DNA of 64,000 nucleotides, from assembly GCA_010909165.1 (NCBI GenBank), contig MU008173.1, positions 1,276,883 through 1,340,882 on the forward strand. The letters are read 5' to 3'. How positions within the stretch are numbered: position 1 is the first letter of the stretch; each line of letters begins with the position of its first letter. Positions 22,971 through 36,700 of the stretch are shown here, piece after piece. The notes below the pieces were generated by a model. It saw only the letters and a program-made list of their open reading frames with translations, did not search any database and was not told the origin of the DNA. A program made the translations under genes and the position numbers. The DNA is from Anthoceros angustus. Its lineage: Eukaryota; Plantae; Anthocerotophyta.

Positions 22971-23994
22971 AGTTAGTGCAGCATACATTCTGCTATTATG
23001 ACCACGTACCTTTACTCAAAAGAACGTTTTGATTTGTCCTATTATATTGAATAGAAGCAAAGTGATAACAATTTGCAGCCTACGTTGAACATCCTCAACC
23101 ATGTACAAAAAAATGCTATTACTATTGTGAGGCATGTGAGAGTTCAAACTTTTATTATAAGAAGTGTATTCTACAACACTATGCAAATCACAAACACACG
23201 CAGATATAATAGATAGCGGATGAGTAGGTTGTAAGAGGTTGTTAAAAACTAGGTACGTGTATAAAAGAATCAACGTTAAACATGACAATAGATAAAATTG
23301 TAAAAGTGACTATAAATTTCTTAGAACAGAAAAGACATCAAAATTGAAGACAGAGTTTGGGTTTAACACAATGTTTATGTTGTGGCCATAAAATGTTTGG
23401 CGTGAAATGGTAACATTGTAGCATCAAATGCTATATTAATGTACAGACCCTAAAAGCCCTTTATTGCATTGATTCCATGTGAAATATATTTACCAACTAA
23501 ATATTCCGAAGGCGAAAATTTTGGAGGAAATTACTTGACCTGCAGTGTAATAAAGGTATCAAGAGAAAGTGAAGACATTAATAAACAAGAAGGATCATAT
23601 GTTGATGAACAACTTAGAGGAGTAGTTCTGATGTGTTGGGTGGGAGTGATAGAAATCTATAAAATTGTTATAACATATATCATATTAAGATTTTTTTTCA
23701 AAAAAATTAGAAGTATATATATTGATAATACTTAGATCAGAATAGAATTCGAGATAATGCCAAGCCCAAGTGCTATATATGTACTAGGTATTACTGCACA
23801 TAATGTACATATTGAACGTGAGATTTATTATTTTCCCAAAGAGAAGCCAGGACAGGTAGTCTGACTACCTATTGAAGTCAATTAGGGCTTCGGCCTTCAC
23901 AACCGCGTCCACGGTGAGTGTGGCTGTCGGCACTTCCTAAGTCCTCAGTCCATGAACAGCATTTTACTGAGGTCGGCACGCACCAAACGTGGAC

Positions 23995-24334
23995 ATGTCG
24001 CCGCAGTCTTCTCGTCGAATTGGGAGGAAGGTTGCGGACGTAGCTTACAAGGGTGTGACGGCGGGCCTTGGGGTCTGTACTGTTTTTTTCTTCGGAAATC
24101 TCATGTTCAACGTCGGCCGAGGCCTAGCTTGGCACATGTCTCAAGCTGTATGTGGTGCTCTTCGCTGTGGCTCTTGGATTTGAGTGAGGCTTATGTTTGG
24201 GCTTTGGCGTTCTGCACCTTTTGGATAGCTGTAGGCCACACTGGAAGAAGCTTCTGATTTACTGTTGGCATGTGCAGAGGGAGCAAGAGCAAGAGGCCGC
24301 GGCGCAGCAGAGTTCCCAGCGTGGTTCGCAGTAG
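23995..24334 (+). CDS. COX14: COX14-like small mitochondrial membrane protein (69 aa), 2 exons
   Basis: Exon 1 23995-24147 and exon 2 24278-24334 (GT-AG, phase 0). RKVADVAYKGVTAGLGVCTV...FNVGRGLAWHMSQ matches the recalled COX14 pattern (ADxxYK followed by a single TM helix; plant V.RGL.WH). Confidence 0.75.
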
Positions 24335-24346
24335 GGTTTAGGGTTT
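24332..24346 (+). promoter_or_regulatory. Telo-box (TAGGGTTTAGGGTTT) overlapping the COX14 stop and filling the spacer
   Basis: Two overlapping plant telomeric heptamers (reverse complement AAACCCTAAACCCTA). Telo-boxes are known in 5' regions of plant ribosome-biogenesis and translation genes. Confidence 0.6.
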
Positions 24347-25675
24347 ATGGTATATAGGCCTGCTGAGGGGGAGGCTGACGCTCCAAGGTTGCAGCGGCAG
24401 TTTGCAGCTTCGCTGAGGCCGGAAGACTTTGGGATGGATGATGTAGAAAGTCCAAAACAAGCTGTGAAACGAGAAGGTGAAAAGGGAAAGAAGAAGAAGA
24501 AGAAGGCCGAATGTAGTGAGCAAGGGAAGGAGGTGAAACAAGCGGTTGGCAGTGAGATGGCGGAGGAACGAATTGTGAAAGATGATAGCTTGTCGTGGAA
24601 GGAGGAGGAAATGAAGGTTGTCATGGGTGATGCTCCGGAGTTGCTAGGCCTTCTTGATGAGCTGAAGGGATCTCTTGAGGAGTTGGAGCAGAAGGTAATC
24701 TCTCTTGAAGAGAGAATGCGATCCGGTGGACTTCCTACAAAAGATGGCTTGAGCTATTTGGAGGTGAAGCATCTGCTTCTGTTGAGCTACAGTCAGGCCA
24801 TTGTGTTCTATCTGCTGCTCAAGGCTGAAGGTCGGTCTGTAAGGGATCACCCTGTGATTCCACGTCTTGTCGAGTTGCGTTTGTTCATGGAGAAGATGCG
24901 TCCTCTGGACAAGAAGCTTGAGTACCAAGTCGAGAAGCTCCTTAAGTCTACTGAGCTGAGCAATGGTTCCGAGGGTGTGAAGGATAAGGATGCGTTGAAG
25001 TACAGACCTAATCCCAGTTTACTCGTGCCTAAAGTTGACACAGACACTAAAGAAGCCGGAGGTGTGTATCGTCCGCCTATGCTAGCTCCAACTGCCATGA
25101 AGGAAGACATGAGGCCCGCTGACAAAAGGTCTAGGGATCGGGCAGAAAAGGAAGTCCGCCGTAGGGCAGCACGCAGTTCATTTGTGAAGGAGCTTGCGGA
25201 CGACTTGGAGGGTAGACCTGAAGAATTGAGGTTCCCTCAGTTCTTCATCGGGGCTGAAAGTAAGGAACTGAATAGAGAGCGGGAGAAACTGGAGGCTCGT
25301 GCTAGGCAAGAGGAAGATTTGTTTGCTAGAGTTCCTCTCTCTAAAGCCGAAAGGACGAAGCTGAAGCACATGAAGAGATCAAGGAGTGGCCTGATGGGCA
25401 TGTTTGATGACTTTGATGATGGAGTCGCGGATCTGGTGGAGATGGAGGACGGAAAGGCAAGGAAGGGTGTGGGCGGGCCGCCTGATGACTTGTTGCGGTC
25501 TCGAAAGAGTTCACAATTTATTGCTGAATCAGGTCGTGCTTCTAAGAAGCAAAGGGTGGCTTCTCATGCTGCTGTCCTACCGGTTAAGGATGATACTGGG
25601 GAGAGACGGAACACGCATGACATCCAGAAGGCTTCTAGGAAGCAGGTACCGAGGAGAAAGGGCAGACGATCCTGA
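24347..25675 (+). CDS. Sas10/Utp3/C1D-family SSU processome protein (neuroguidin/Lcp5-like core), intronless
   Basis: YLEVKHLLLLSY...HPV..RLVELRLFMEKMRPLDKKLEYQVEKL (Sas10_Utp3 domain) plus NGDN-type LKYRPNP, GVYRPP, GRPEE and EEDLFARV motifs. Confidence 0.88.
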   Translation: MVYRPAEGEADAPRLQRQFAASLRPEDFGMDDVESPKQAVKREGEKGKKKKKKAECSEQGKEVKQAVGSEMAEERIVKDDSLSWKEEEMKVVMGDAPELLGLLDELKGSLEELEQKVISLEERMRSGGLPTKDGLSYLEVKHLLLLSYSQAIVFYLLLKAEGRSVRDHPVIPRLVELRLFMEKMRPLDKKLEYQVEKLLKSTELSNGSEGVKDKDALKYRPNPSLLVPKVDTDTKEAGGVYRPPMLAPTAMKEDMRPADKRSRDRAEKEVRRRAARSSFVKELADDLEGRPEELRFPQFFIGAESKELNREREKLEARARQEEDLFARVPLSKAERTKLKHMKRSRSGLMGMFDDFDDGVADLVEMEDGKARKGVGGPPDDLLRSRKSSQFIAESGRASKKQRVASHAAVLPVKDDTGERRNTHDIQKASRKQVPRRKGRRS

Positions 25676-27319
25676 GGACTTGATAAGGCCTGATGAGGAC
25701 AATTTCTACCTACAGGCCAAAGACCTGCAGGCGTTCAAGAAGGCTGCAAAGTCTGCCAAGTACCTCCAGGGAGCAAACATTGACTTCGGCCGAGGAAGAT
25801 GTCGAAGGTGAAAGAAAAAATCAAGGCAGATGGAGAAGAAAATTAAGTCTATCAGTTTTATGCTACCGTTTGATTAATGTGCTGCAAGCAAACGTCGTCC
25901 ATTGTTAGAAACGTCTTGTCAAATATATGAACCTGCTTCATTGATTATTTTTCAATTAAAAAAGTTCCCTAAAACCCTTTTGCAAGTTCTTTCCTTTGAC
26001 ACCGCTCATGCTCCTATCGGCGCTCATGCTCATCCAGTATGCCGCAAGAACCACGGTTAGAAATGCTTTAACTGATTCTTTCGCTTCCTGGCTTGATTCT
26101 TTGGGTGAAATGAAATTAATTTGCTTTGAGCCCAAAAAACATTAGGCCAAGTTTCTCGGTGACCCTTGAGTTTCCGCCCAAAAGATAATATTTTACTGTA
26201 GACTTTTTAATTTTTATTTAGGCTAGAAACTAACTCAAAGTCAGTTCCATGATCCTTATGTAGTTAAGAATTATCTTATAACTTGTTAAGGCAAAACCCT
26301 TAAACTTTCAATACCAGGACTTCCCTTAGCTTTTCAACCTTCTAGCTTCAACCTAGAAAAAAAATGTTTCCCATCTAATAAACATCCTTACGACTCAATG
26401 TCACAATCACAAACTAAATAGAGGAAGACACAACTGAAGAGTCCTACGAAGAGTTTGAGGGAACGTATGAAAATTCAAAGATTTTTAAGCAAATGCACAC
26501 AACTTTAGAGTTTTTCACATGTTTTGATTTGTTTTTGGGAAAGTGATGGAGGGTTAACTTTATTGGATTACATATATAATATATAAAGATATTACAAATA
26601 GCTCATCTCATGCCTTGCATCGTTCTTGCAGTGCTCTCGATTAAGCTGTCGACTTCTCATGTAGAGCATTATGAAATACTAGTAGTAGTTGTTGGCACAC
26701 GCAAGTTCTTTTCATAGCTGTTCTGCTACGTGTAGTGTGAATTGAACCTTAACACTGCAAACGGTGGCCGTGTGGCAGATTTGTCTGTGCATTCTATGAT
26801 CCCTGCCACTCCAATAAAATTCCAGGATGGCCTCTTCGAAATTTCCTTGCCCTGGCTGTCCAACCGTGGCAACCGACGGACCTGCAAGTGCTGACCTGGG
26901 CGCTGTACTCGACCCTGTCAAGCGAGTTCCATGGGTGCATGTCAATTGATCTTTTTGGCAGTATCCTCAGTCTGAGGGAATCTTACCGCTCTCAGGCTAG
27001 CTTCATCAGATGCTGATCTCAACTCTACGCTTGCTCCTGAGATACCTGAGAATTGACAAGACCTGGAGTGTATTATGTTTGCTCTTGTGCAAAGGCCTCT
27101 GCAAGCGACACGTACAAGCGCCATGCTGCAGGAGACGTCTCCAAAGAACACAGCTCAGAAGGGAAGAACGGAACACCACTGGCGAACTACCGACACCACT
27201 GCGTCTTCATGGCAGGACAATCTCAGTTCGTAGTAGTCTAGAATCTTTCACGGTGTCTTCATAGTGAACTCTACGGCGAACAACTGGACCATGCATATGC
27301 TTCTGGCATGCTCCGACAA

Positions 27320-29414
<2,095 letters not shown>

Positions 29415-29970
29415 CTATAAATAGGCGGTTAGGCGGGCCCGTGACGATGGGACCGTGAACTTGCCCCGGCCCGGGATCGGCACATTTCTTATGGTTGGTG
29501 TGCAAGGGTTGCGGAGCAGGCAGCGCTCTTGCTTCTTCCCACTGAACAATCGTAGTGCAATCAGCTACCTGCCGGACGAGCAGCTTCGCGGACTCGAGGT
29601 GTAAGGTCGGTTTTCGATGGCATCCGCCAGCGCTGTGCAGGATTTCTGGGCCGGTTTTTCTTTGTGGTTATGCTGTTGCTGTGTGTGAATCCCTGTGAGG
29701 TGGAGGTAGGGTACTGGTTTCCGTTCGGATGCAAGGCAGGAATGTGGTTGGATGGGAAAGGAAGGCTCAGCATTTGTTTTGCTAGGCAGCTCTGTGCTGA
29801 AATTTGGGGTATATCGTTGAAGTAGATCGGGGTTAAGGCAGTAGGTGGAGCAGTCGAGGTCTGCTACGGATCATAGCTTGGCTCTTTTGGTGCTCAACTT
29901 GTGCTGACGGAATTGCACTTGGTCTCATGGAGTTTGACGCATGTTTGGTATGAGATTTTTGCAGGGCGTT

Positions 29971-30363
29971 ATGGCAGTGGATGATGATTGCGTCTGTGAG
30001 GACGTTGCCGCGCCTCGCGTTGAGGTAGCTCCTCACGGTGAGGTAATTGAAGTGGCCGAGCACAAGGGAAGCAAACATGCAGGAAACGGCAAGAGTGTGG
30101 GGCCCGGGAAGACTGCCGGCCATGGCAAGAGTGACGGCCAGGTGGCTACGAGGGAAGAGATGATAGAGAACTTGGTGCCACTTCCATACCGGGATGCTTG
30201 TGCGCACCTGCTTATCCCTTTGAACAAGTGTCGGAGGGAGACCTATTATCTTCCCTGGAAGTGTGAAGATCAGAGGCACGTATATGAGAAGTGCGAGTAT
30301 GAGTTGTTCCTGAAGAGAGTTCGGAAGATGGAGGAGCTTCGGGGTTACCGACAAGCCTCGTGA
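29971..30363 (+). CDS. NDUFB7: Mitochondrial complex I subunit NDUFB7 (B18) with N-terminal extension
   Basis: VATREEM...RDACAHLLIPLNKCRR..YYLPWKCED.RHVYEKCEY (twin Cx9C). ATG 29971 follows a putative 5'-UTR acceptor TTTTTGCAG (29964). Confidence 0.9.
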   Translation: MAVDDDCVCEDVAAPRVEVAPHGEVIEVAEHKGSKHAGNGKSVGPGKTAGHGKSDGQVATREEMIENLVPLPYRDACAHLLIPLNKCRRETYYLPWKCEDQRHVYEKCEYELFLKRVRKMEELRGYRQAS

Positions 30364-31464
30364 GCCTACGGTTCTGCCCAACGATGTCCACGGACTAGGT
30401 ATGACTTGTCTGAGCACAAGAATGCTGCAGAGCTATAAAATGGCTGGATAGCATCTGGCTTTTATAGGTCTTTCTTCTCTAACGTCCAAGTTTGATTCTT
30501 GTCCGTTATGTTTGAATCTGTTCTTCTCATTGTCACTGATTGGATTTGTTGTGAAGGCGTGTGAGCATCTGAGGAGTCAATTTATTATTTCCACCTGCTC
30601 CTCTCGAATCAGCCACAGTTGGTCCGGTTCCATGGACAGTTGCAGCATCTCCACTTATGAGAGTTGATCACTTTTGGTTCATTCTTGGCCACATCCATCG
30701 CGATGTGCAAGGTTTTGGTATCTGGCAAACAAATGTCTGTCACAGCCGGGAAAATGTACCAGGTTCAGAATAATATTGAGGTACTTCATTTCACGGCTGC
30801 CGAGCTCCCGGTTGAAAGCTCGATCCGGCAGTAGACAGTGTGATGTGTTACCACAAAGTGTGCTGTGATTTGTGCTCAACCTCTTCTGGATCAGGGAAGA
30901 TGCTGCATTCCCCTTTCAAGGGACGACAGGTGTTCGGAGAAGTGGCGAGTATGTGTTGATTAATGAATCAGGAAAATGGTGCCCATTTGTCCGCCCACGA
31001 TAGAGATGGAGATAGGAGGCCGCGGTTGCCTATTGGCTAGGTGTGTGCACTTCGGTCCTCACTCCTCTCAGGTTCGCCACCTCGGAAGATGTAGGGAAAA
31101 ACAAGTGGCGTTACCGGGTGGCCGGGACCGCCACACGGGGATGCCCTCCACCTGGGAACAGGTTCCGCCACCTCGGCTCGGGACCCAGGGCCACCAAGTT
31201 ATCCTATCGCTCGCATGTTGCTTGCTACCAGCTTACCTTGTCCACCTTACTCGAGTCCCTCGCCACACGCTTCCCTCACGTTCGGTGGCGGCCTTGCCCC
31301 TCTCAACAGCAGTCGTGTTGCTTCCTGCCTCCAGCTTGCTGAGCAGGGCCAGGGCCTGCCGGGCAGTTCCCGCATTGGGTGCCTGCACCTTGCACCCAGG
31401 ATCTTGGCTCAATTGCGGCCTTCTTGAAGCAGCGCATTGGCGAGCTGCCCTGCCTTCTTGCTTC

Positions 31465-33092
31465 ATGGCTTCCACATCTGCTTCCGTGCTACCGGCTGTC
31501 CATGTCGGAGGCGGCCTGTCTCCACTTCCTGACCGGTCTGCCGCCAGGAGCAGCAGCCGGCTCTGCTCAGCAGGAGGACTTTCACTCCGTTCCGGCTCCT
31601 CCGCCTTACAAGCCCGCGTGGCAAGGTCGGCGAATGTGCTCGCCTTTGGACCAGGTAATCTTTGCTGGAAGGAGGTGATCACATCTACAGGCAAGATTTG
31701 GGATTTCTTGTTGTGGGTTCGGTGTTTGGAAGGAATCCTGCGAGGGAAGAGCAAGAAGCGTGGGCTGTGCGAACAGATCTTAGGCAACAGTTCAGTCGCA
31801 GGCACATTTGGGCGCACGTCAGGGCAGCTGGCATATGTGGAGTGCAGACCTGAAAAATTTGTTCGGTGATGTGGAATTTTCGGTTTAGGTCTGTAGCGGA
31901 TGAAGCGTTGAAATTGTGGCAGTGACACCGCCCTCGGGTGTTTTCGAGTATTCTCCTTTCCTGGGGGACTGCGGTTGTGTGTCGCGGCGCAGAGATAGAA
32001 ACCCATTTCAGAGAGTGACGTGAAATGTTTTTCGACTTAACCTGCAGCTGAGAATGCTCGGAGGAAAGGAGTAGGGCTCTTAATGTTCGTGCGCTTACGA
32101 TCGTCGCTGTAATGCGCATGCTGCTGTTTTGTGCTCGCAGGGGCAAGAAGGTCTTACAGAATGGTGGCGATGGCTAGCTCGGAGGGTGAGAGTGAACCAG
32201 TCCAAAGTATTCTAGATTCTCTCAAAGGTGTTCAAGAAGCGGTAAGTGTCTTTCTCAACTCGCAATTTGACTTGTTAACCGATCTATGTTTATAGCCAGT
32301 GTGACATTTCCCCAATGAATGGCAGTGGGACAAGGTTGACGACAAGCTCGCTATTGGTGGGCTAGGATTCGCCGCATTGCTGGTCCTGTGGGCCTCTACT
32401 GGTCTCATTGGTGTAAGAATTCCACGACAGCTTCTCTTTGTATCTGCTTGTCCCTTTCTTCGAATGTAGGTCTCACGGGTCCGTTGGATCTCCTCGGTGT
32501 AGCCGTTATGATTAATTTGCTCACTTTTTTATGTCCATACCCGAGACATGTGTTATGGCTGTGAATGGAGTAGGATGGGTAGGCCGTTGTGCCACTGTCA
32601 CCTGTCAATGTCAGGCGTCAGGAGATGTGTTCTGCCCGTCTGTCCTCTTTCGGTTGCTTCCCATCAGACGGTCTGTTCTCCACGGTCACTGTTTGCAGGA
32701 TGTCTAACGATGCTTATTCTGGGTGCAGGCTATTGACAAATTGCCGATCATCCCCGATTTTTTTGAGTTGGTTGGCATCCTTTTCTCCGGGGTTTGTAAA
32801 TCTCACCTGACGTCTGGAACTGTCCCTTACTTGTCTGCCATTATTCCATTTGACCCGTCATAGCTCACTTCTCAGCACCTTATTCTTCGGTGTCTTTTTC
32901 CCAGTGGTTTGTCTACAGATACTTGCTTTTCAAGCCCGACAGGTAATGCGAGAGTTTACTGTGTTGAGCTTCTTGTTTTCAAGATGCATCTCTGACGATG
33001 TGCTTTGTAAGCTCACGCGCTTGTTTCGTGCTGGCAGGGAAGAATTGTTGCTGAAGGTAGAAGAAGCGAAGAAGAAAATTACTGGTCAGTGA
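31465..33092 (+). CDS. CURT1: CURVATURE THYLAKOID 1 (CURT1/CAAD) protein, CURT1C-like, 6 exons
   Basis: Exons 31465-31654, 32141-32241, 32326-32412, 32729-32791, 32905-32942, 33038-33092. Ser/Ala-rich transit peptide, then WDKVDDK, two TM helices, AIDKLP, WFVYRYLLFKPDREEL...ITGQ. Confidence 0.92.
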
Positions 33093-33715
33093 CGCTGGTT
33101 TTGTACTTATACCCACTTTGTTTGGGAACTGGGAGAGAATTGGAGAGTGACGAGCCGTTGCGCAACTGTGGCTGAACTCATGATTTAGTTCCACCGTTAT
33201 CCTTGCACCTGTGTAAGCTTATTGTGTGGCCTGGAAACGGTGACGTTCGGAGTTCCATGCCCATGGAGGAGGACTGATCACCTCTCAAAATTTTGATTTG
33301 TTAGCGGGGATACTGTTAAAAAACGGGCTTTCGTGTCAAGCAACTGGGTGGTGAGACATTGTGACAGAGGATCGCCCCGTCACTTGTCACTACATTCATG
33401 AAAGCATGCCTCTCACGTACTGACCATTCCTCTTCTCCTCACCTGGGTACACTTATGTGGTAGTTATACCATTCAGGTGTGAACCTTGTGATACACCAAT
33501 TCTTGTCACACGGCACTTACGAGGATTGTCGGCAAGTTATTTTGATGTCAGCAAATATTTTTCTCTCCAGCTTATTCTACCCAGGGCGCCGTGAAGCAAT
33601 GGGTAACATCCCCTGCTTCAAAAATGTGAGGAACGGATGGAACCGCCATTCGTCCCGCAAAACAAACTGGACGTAATATACAGAGTACTCCAATTCCGAA
33701 GCGGCTTGTAATGAT

Positions 33716-36700
33716 TCAATCTGCCTCTCGTCGTGCCAGGAAGTCGTACCCAACACTGCAGTGATTTGCATGCTTTGAACAACTGCACTGTCCTCCAAAC
33801 TGTGGGTGTATCATGTGCATTTCGAAGTGTTTCTGCAGAAATGCCATCGTTAATAAAATTGGTCTGTTTGACGGCACAACCGAACCCCCTTGATGCCTGT
33901 TTGACAGCACAACAGAAACACACTAATCATTACTATGTTTGCAGCTGATTCACTACCTGAAGAGTCTGTAAAAACCGTCTTCCGATTACAGAGATCGACT
34001 CTTTACTCTCTGCAAGCCCGCAGAGAAATGAGAGTCTTAGTCCAGTAATCAGCGGGATGACTATGAAAATTATAAAACATAATGTTAAGGGCTAGTCGAC
34101 TTACCCAGAAAGCCCTTTTCAATCATCGCTCCCTTGTTGTAAGAAGGCCGCAAGATCACCCCCCTAATAGCTGATACAACTAGTGACAGCATGACGGGAG
34201 CATTCAGCACGTAGACTGAACCTCCGCGGCCTGCAGAGGGAGAAAATACAGAGCCTTCAGATCGGAACGAGAGATAAAATTATATATCGATGCTCATCAT
34301 CACCACCAATCTCCTAACACATGGTAGACAACGACTTATATGGGTACACTCTAAAGAGGGCAAACCACCTGCATAGTCTCGGTTGAGAAGTGTTCCAAGC
34401 CGCTGGAGAATGTCCATGGGCGGCATTCGGAGCAAACCAAGTCCTGACAGATCTATGACCAGATTCATCTGTTCAACTGATCCATTGAATAGGTTGAGCT
34501 CTGCCAATTCCATGTTGGATACTGCAACAAAGCCAGTTTCAGCATCATGCATATGTAGTATTCATTATGGTAAGCAGCATAGCTGACAACGGCATGATAC
34601 AACATCAACATCAAATCAGAAGCATCAATGACAGGTGTGGTGTGAACCAGCTCTTCTTACCAATTACAGTCACAAGTGAGCCTAGCAATGTGGAAGATAA
34701 AGTACACACAGCCTTTCCCAAAAGAACACATAGTGTCGGTCTGCCTTTTTTGCAATGCCCGTGCCAGAAGACTAGATCGCGCCACGGAGCAGCTGCAAGA
34801 TCAGATACGCTCCAGTAATTCTGGTCTCCATGAGTATGACGCCTCTGTAGAATGGACCTTGACAATGTTCAGGCTTGCGAAACGTTAGGAAATTGCACAC
34901 CACTGTTTGGAAGCAACTTACACTTCTTATGGCCACACACAAGGGATGACTGCTGTGCGAATAGGCCACATTCCCTTCTCCAACTCGCTCATGCAAGATG
35001 ACATCATCGATTTGTGCTGTTCCTACACCCTCCTGTGATATGCACCCTGGCACATCACAGTTCTGAACAGACAGCGATTGCACAGCGATAGGCCCACCAG
35101 CAATGGGCAGGCCTTGATCATCCAGTACTTGGACCGTCTGTTCACTCCCAACTGTGCTTGTCCACACTTCCTCTTTACTCTGCCCTGGTGGCGCTGAACC
35201 TGGGACTGCTGGGGCTTGTTGGGGTGGTACTGTGGTTGAAAGATTGAGAAGCTCATCCTCACTGCAAGATGATGAGCGAAATTGTTAACAATCTGCAAGC
35301 TTGCATCATCAACGTGCATAATGACAGTTCCACCTCATCACCTCAACCCGTCTGTGAAGAGGAACTATACAAACACCGCTTAATAGTGGACATGCCGAAA
35401 ATCTCTAACCGGCCTCATTTTCATGTCACACTGGGATTTACCTGTCTGTAAAACCGAATGATGAGCTGGAGCTGGAGCTAGTCAGAGACTCAGTGTCTGG
35501 TCCAGGTTGGTGAGGATGGTAAGGTTCAGAACTAGTATGATCTGCCCACCTATTGTCCGCAGTTCCATCTGAGTTTGAGTTCAGGACATCAACTTTATCC
35601 ATGCTTGACACAGGCAGGGGTGCACAGGTGGCTCCCCTTCCAGATAGACCATACTCTCTCTTCAGGTGTTGTGCCCCAGTAGTTTTGGTTTTGATATCCA
35701 ATGAGTCAGACAAGAACTGCGAGTTTACCACCAGGAGATCGGCATCATCTGCTAATCTGACCTTGTCATGCTCCAACATGAATTCTGGATTGCCTGTAAC
35801 AAACGTTGATGGGCCATGATCCAAACTGTCAAAAGGTTTCCCAGGGTCTTGAGTATTTCCGGAGGACTTAAGACTCTCCAATGCGTCATGGCTGCCAACA
35901 TCACCTCCATCCTCATCATAGAGTACTACAGTACTTGCAGAGTCTCTGAGCCTGTCATCTGACCAGAAACCTGACTCCGGAGGTTGCATAGTTGCAGCAA
36001 TTTCAGTACAACTGTAAGTCTGCCCACTGGAGGATTTAGTATCCACCATGCCAACATCGGTGTAGTCCACCTCTGATCGACTCATCGTTTCTACTGCCTC
36101 AGACTTGATGCCCTGCATCACTGAAAGACGCTCAACTGGGAATGGATGACCCATAAGAGCGACGACGCCTGCACTGGGGATAGCACAAACAGATGGATTT
36201 GACTGTAAGGAGCATGGTCCACCCTCTTTTCGAACACTCACCGAGTGGTCTGCTATCTTGTCCATAGGCGAAAAGTTGTGGAAAGAGTTTTCTTCCATTT
36301 CCCCGAACTTTGACAGCTCTTGTCCTACAAGTCGACCCTTAAACAAGTCCTCTTCATGGTGCTCTATGAGAGCACAATCAACGCACGTGAGTGCATCGAA
36401 AAACACCTCAGTAGTAGGACTTTCAACTGAATCATCTATTCTAAGGGGGGAGTTCTCTACAGAGATGTCACCACAACCTACTTTCTGGACAGCCAGCCTG
36501 AGAGTCTTGGTAGCAGGAGGTAAAATACATGCTGGCTGTTCAATGGCTGCTAGCTGGACAGTATCCCCCGTCTGAGACTCTTCGAAAACCTGCGGATACA
36601 GCCCTTGCTCCACGCTCATCCGAGAGTCAGCTTGCTGACGGCCTTCCTGATCGGTGTGGGACCGATCAGAGCCAAGAGAAAGCAACGCCGAATCTCTCTC

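Noticed and set aside
30976-31869. 297-aa ORF overlapping CURT1 exon 1
   Set aside because: Only 31465-31654 is coding; the rest is promoter/UTR and intron read-through.
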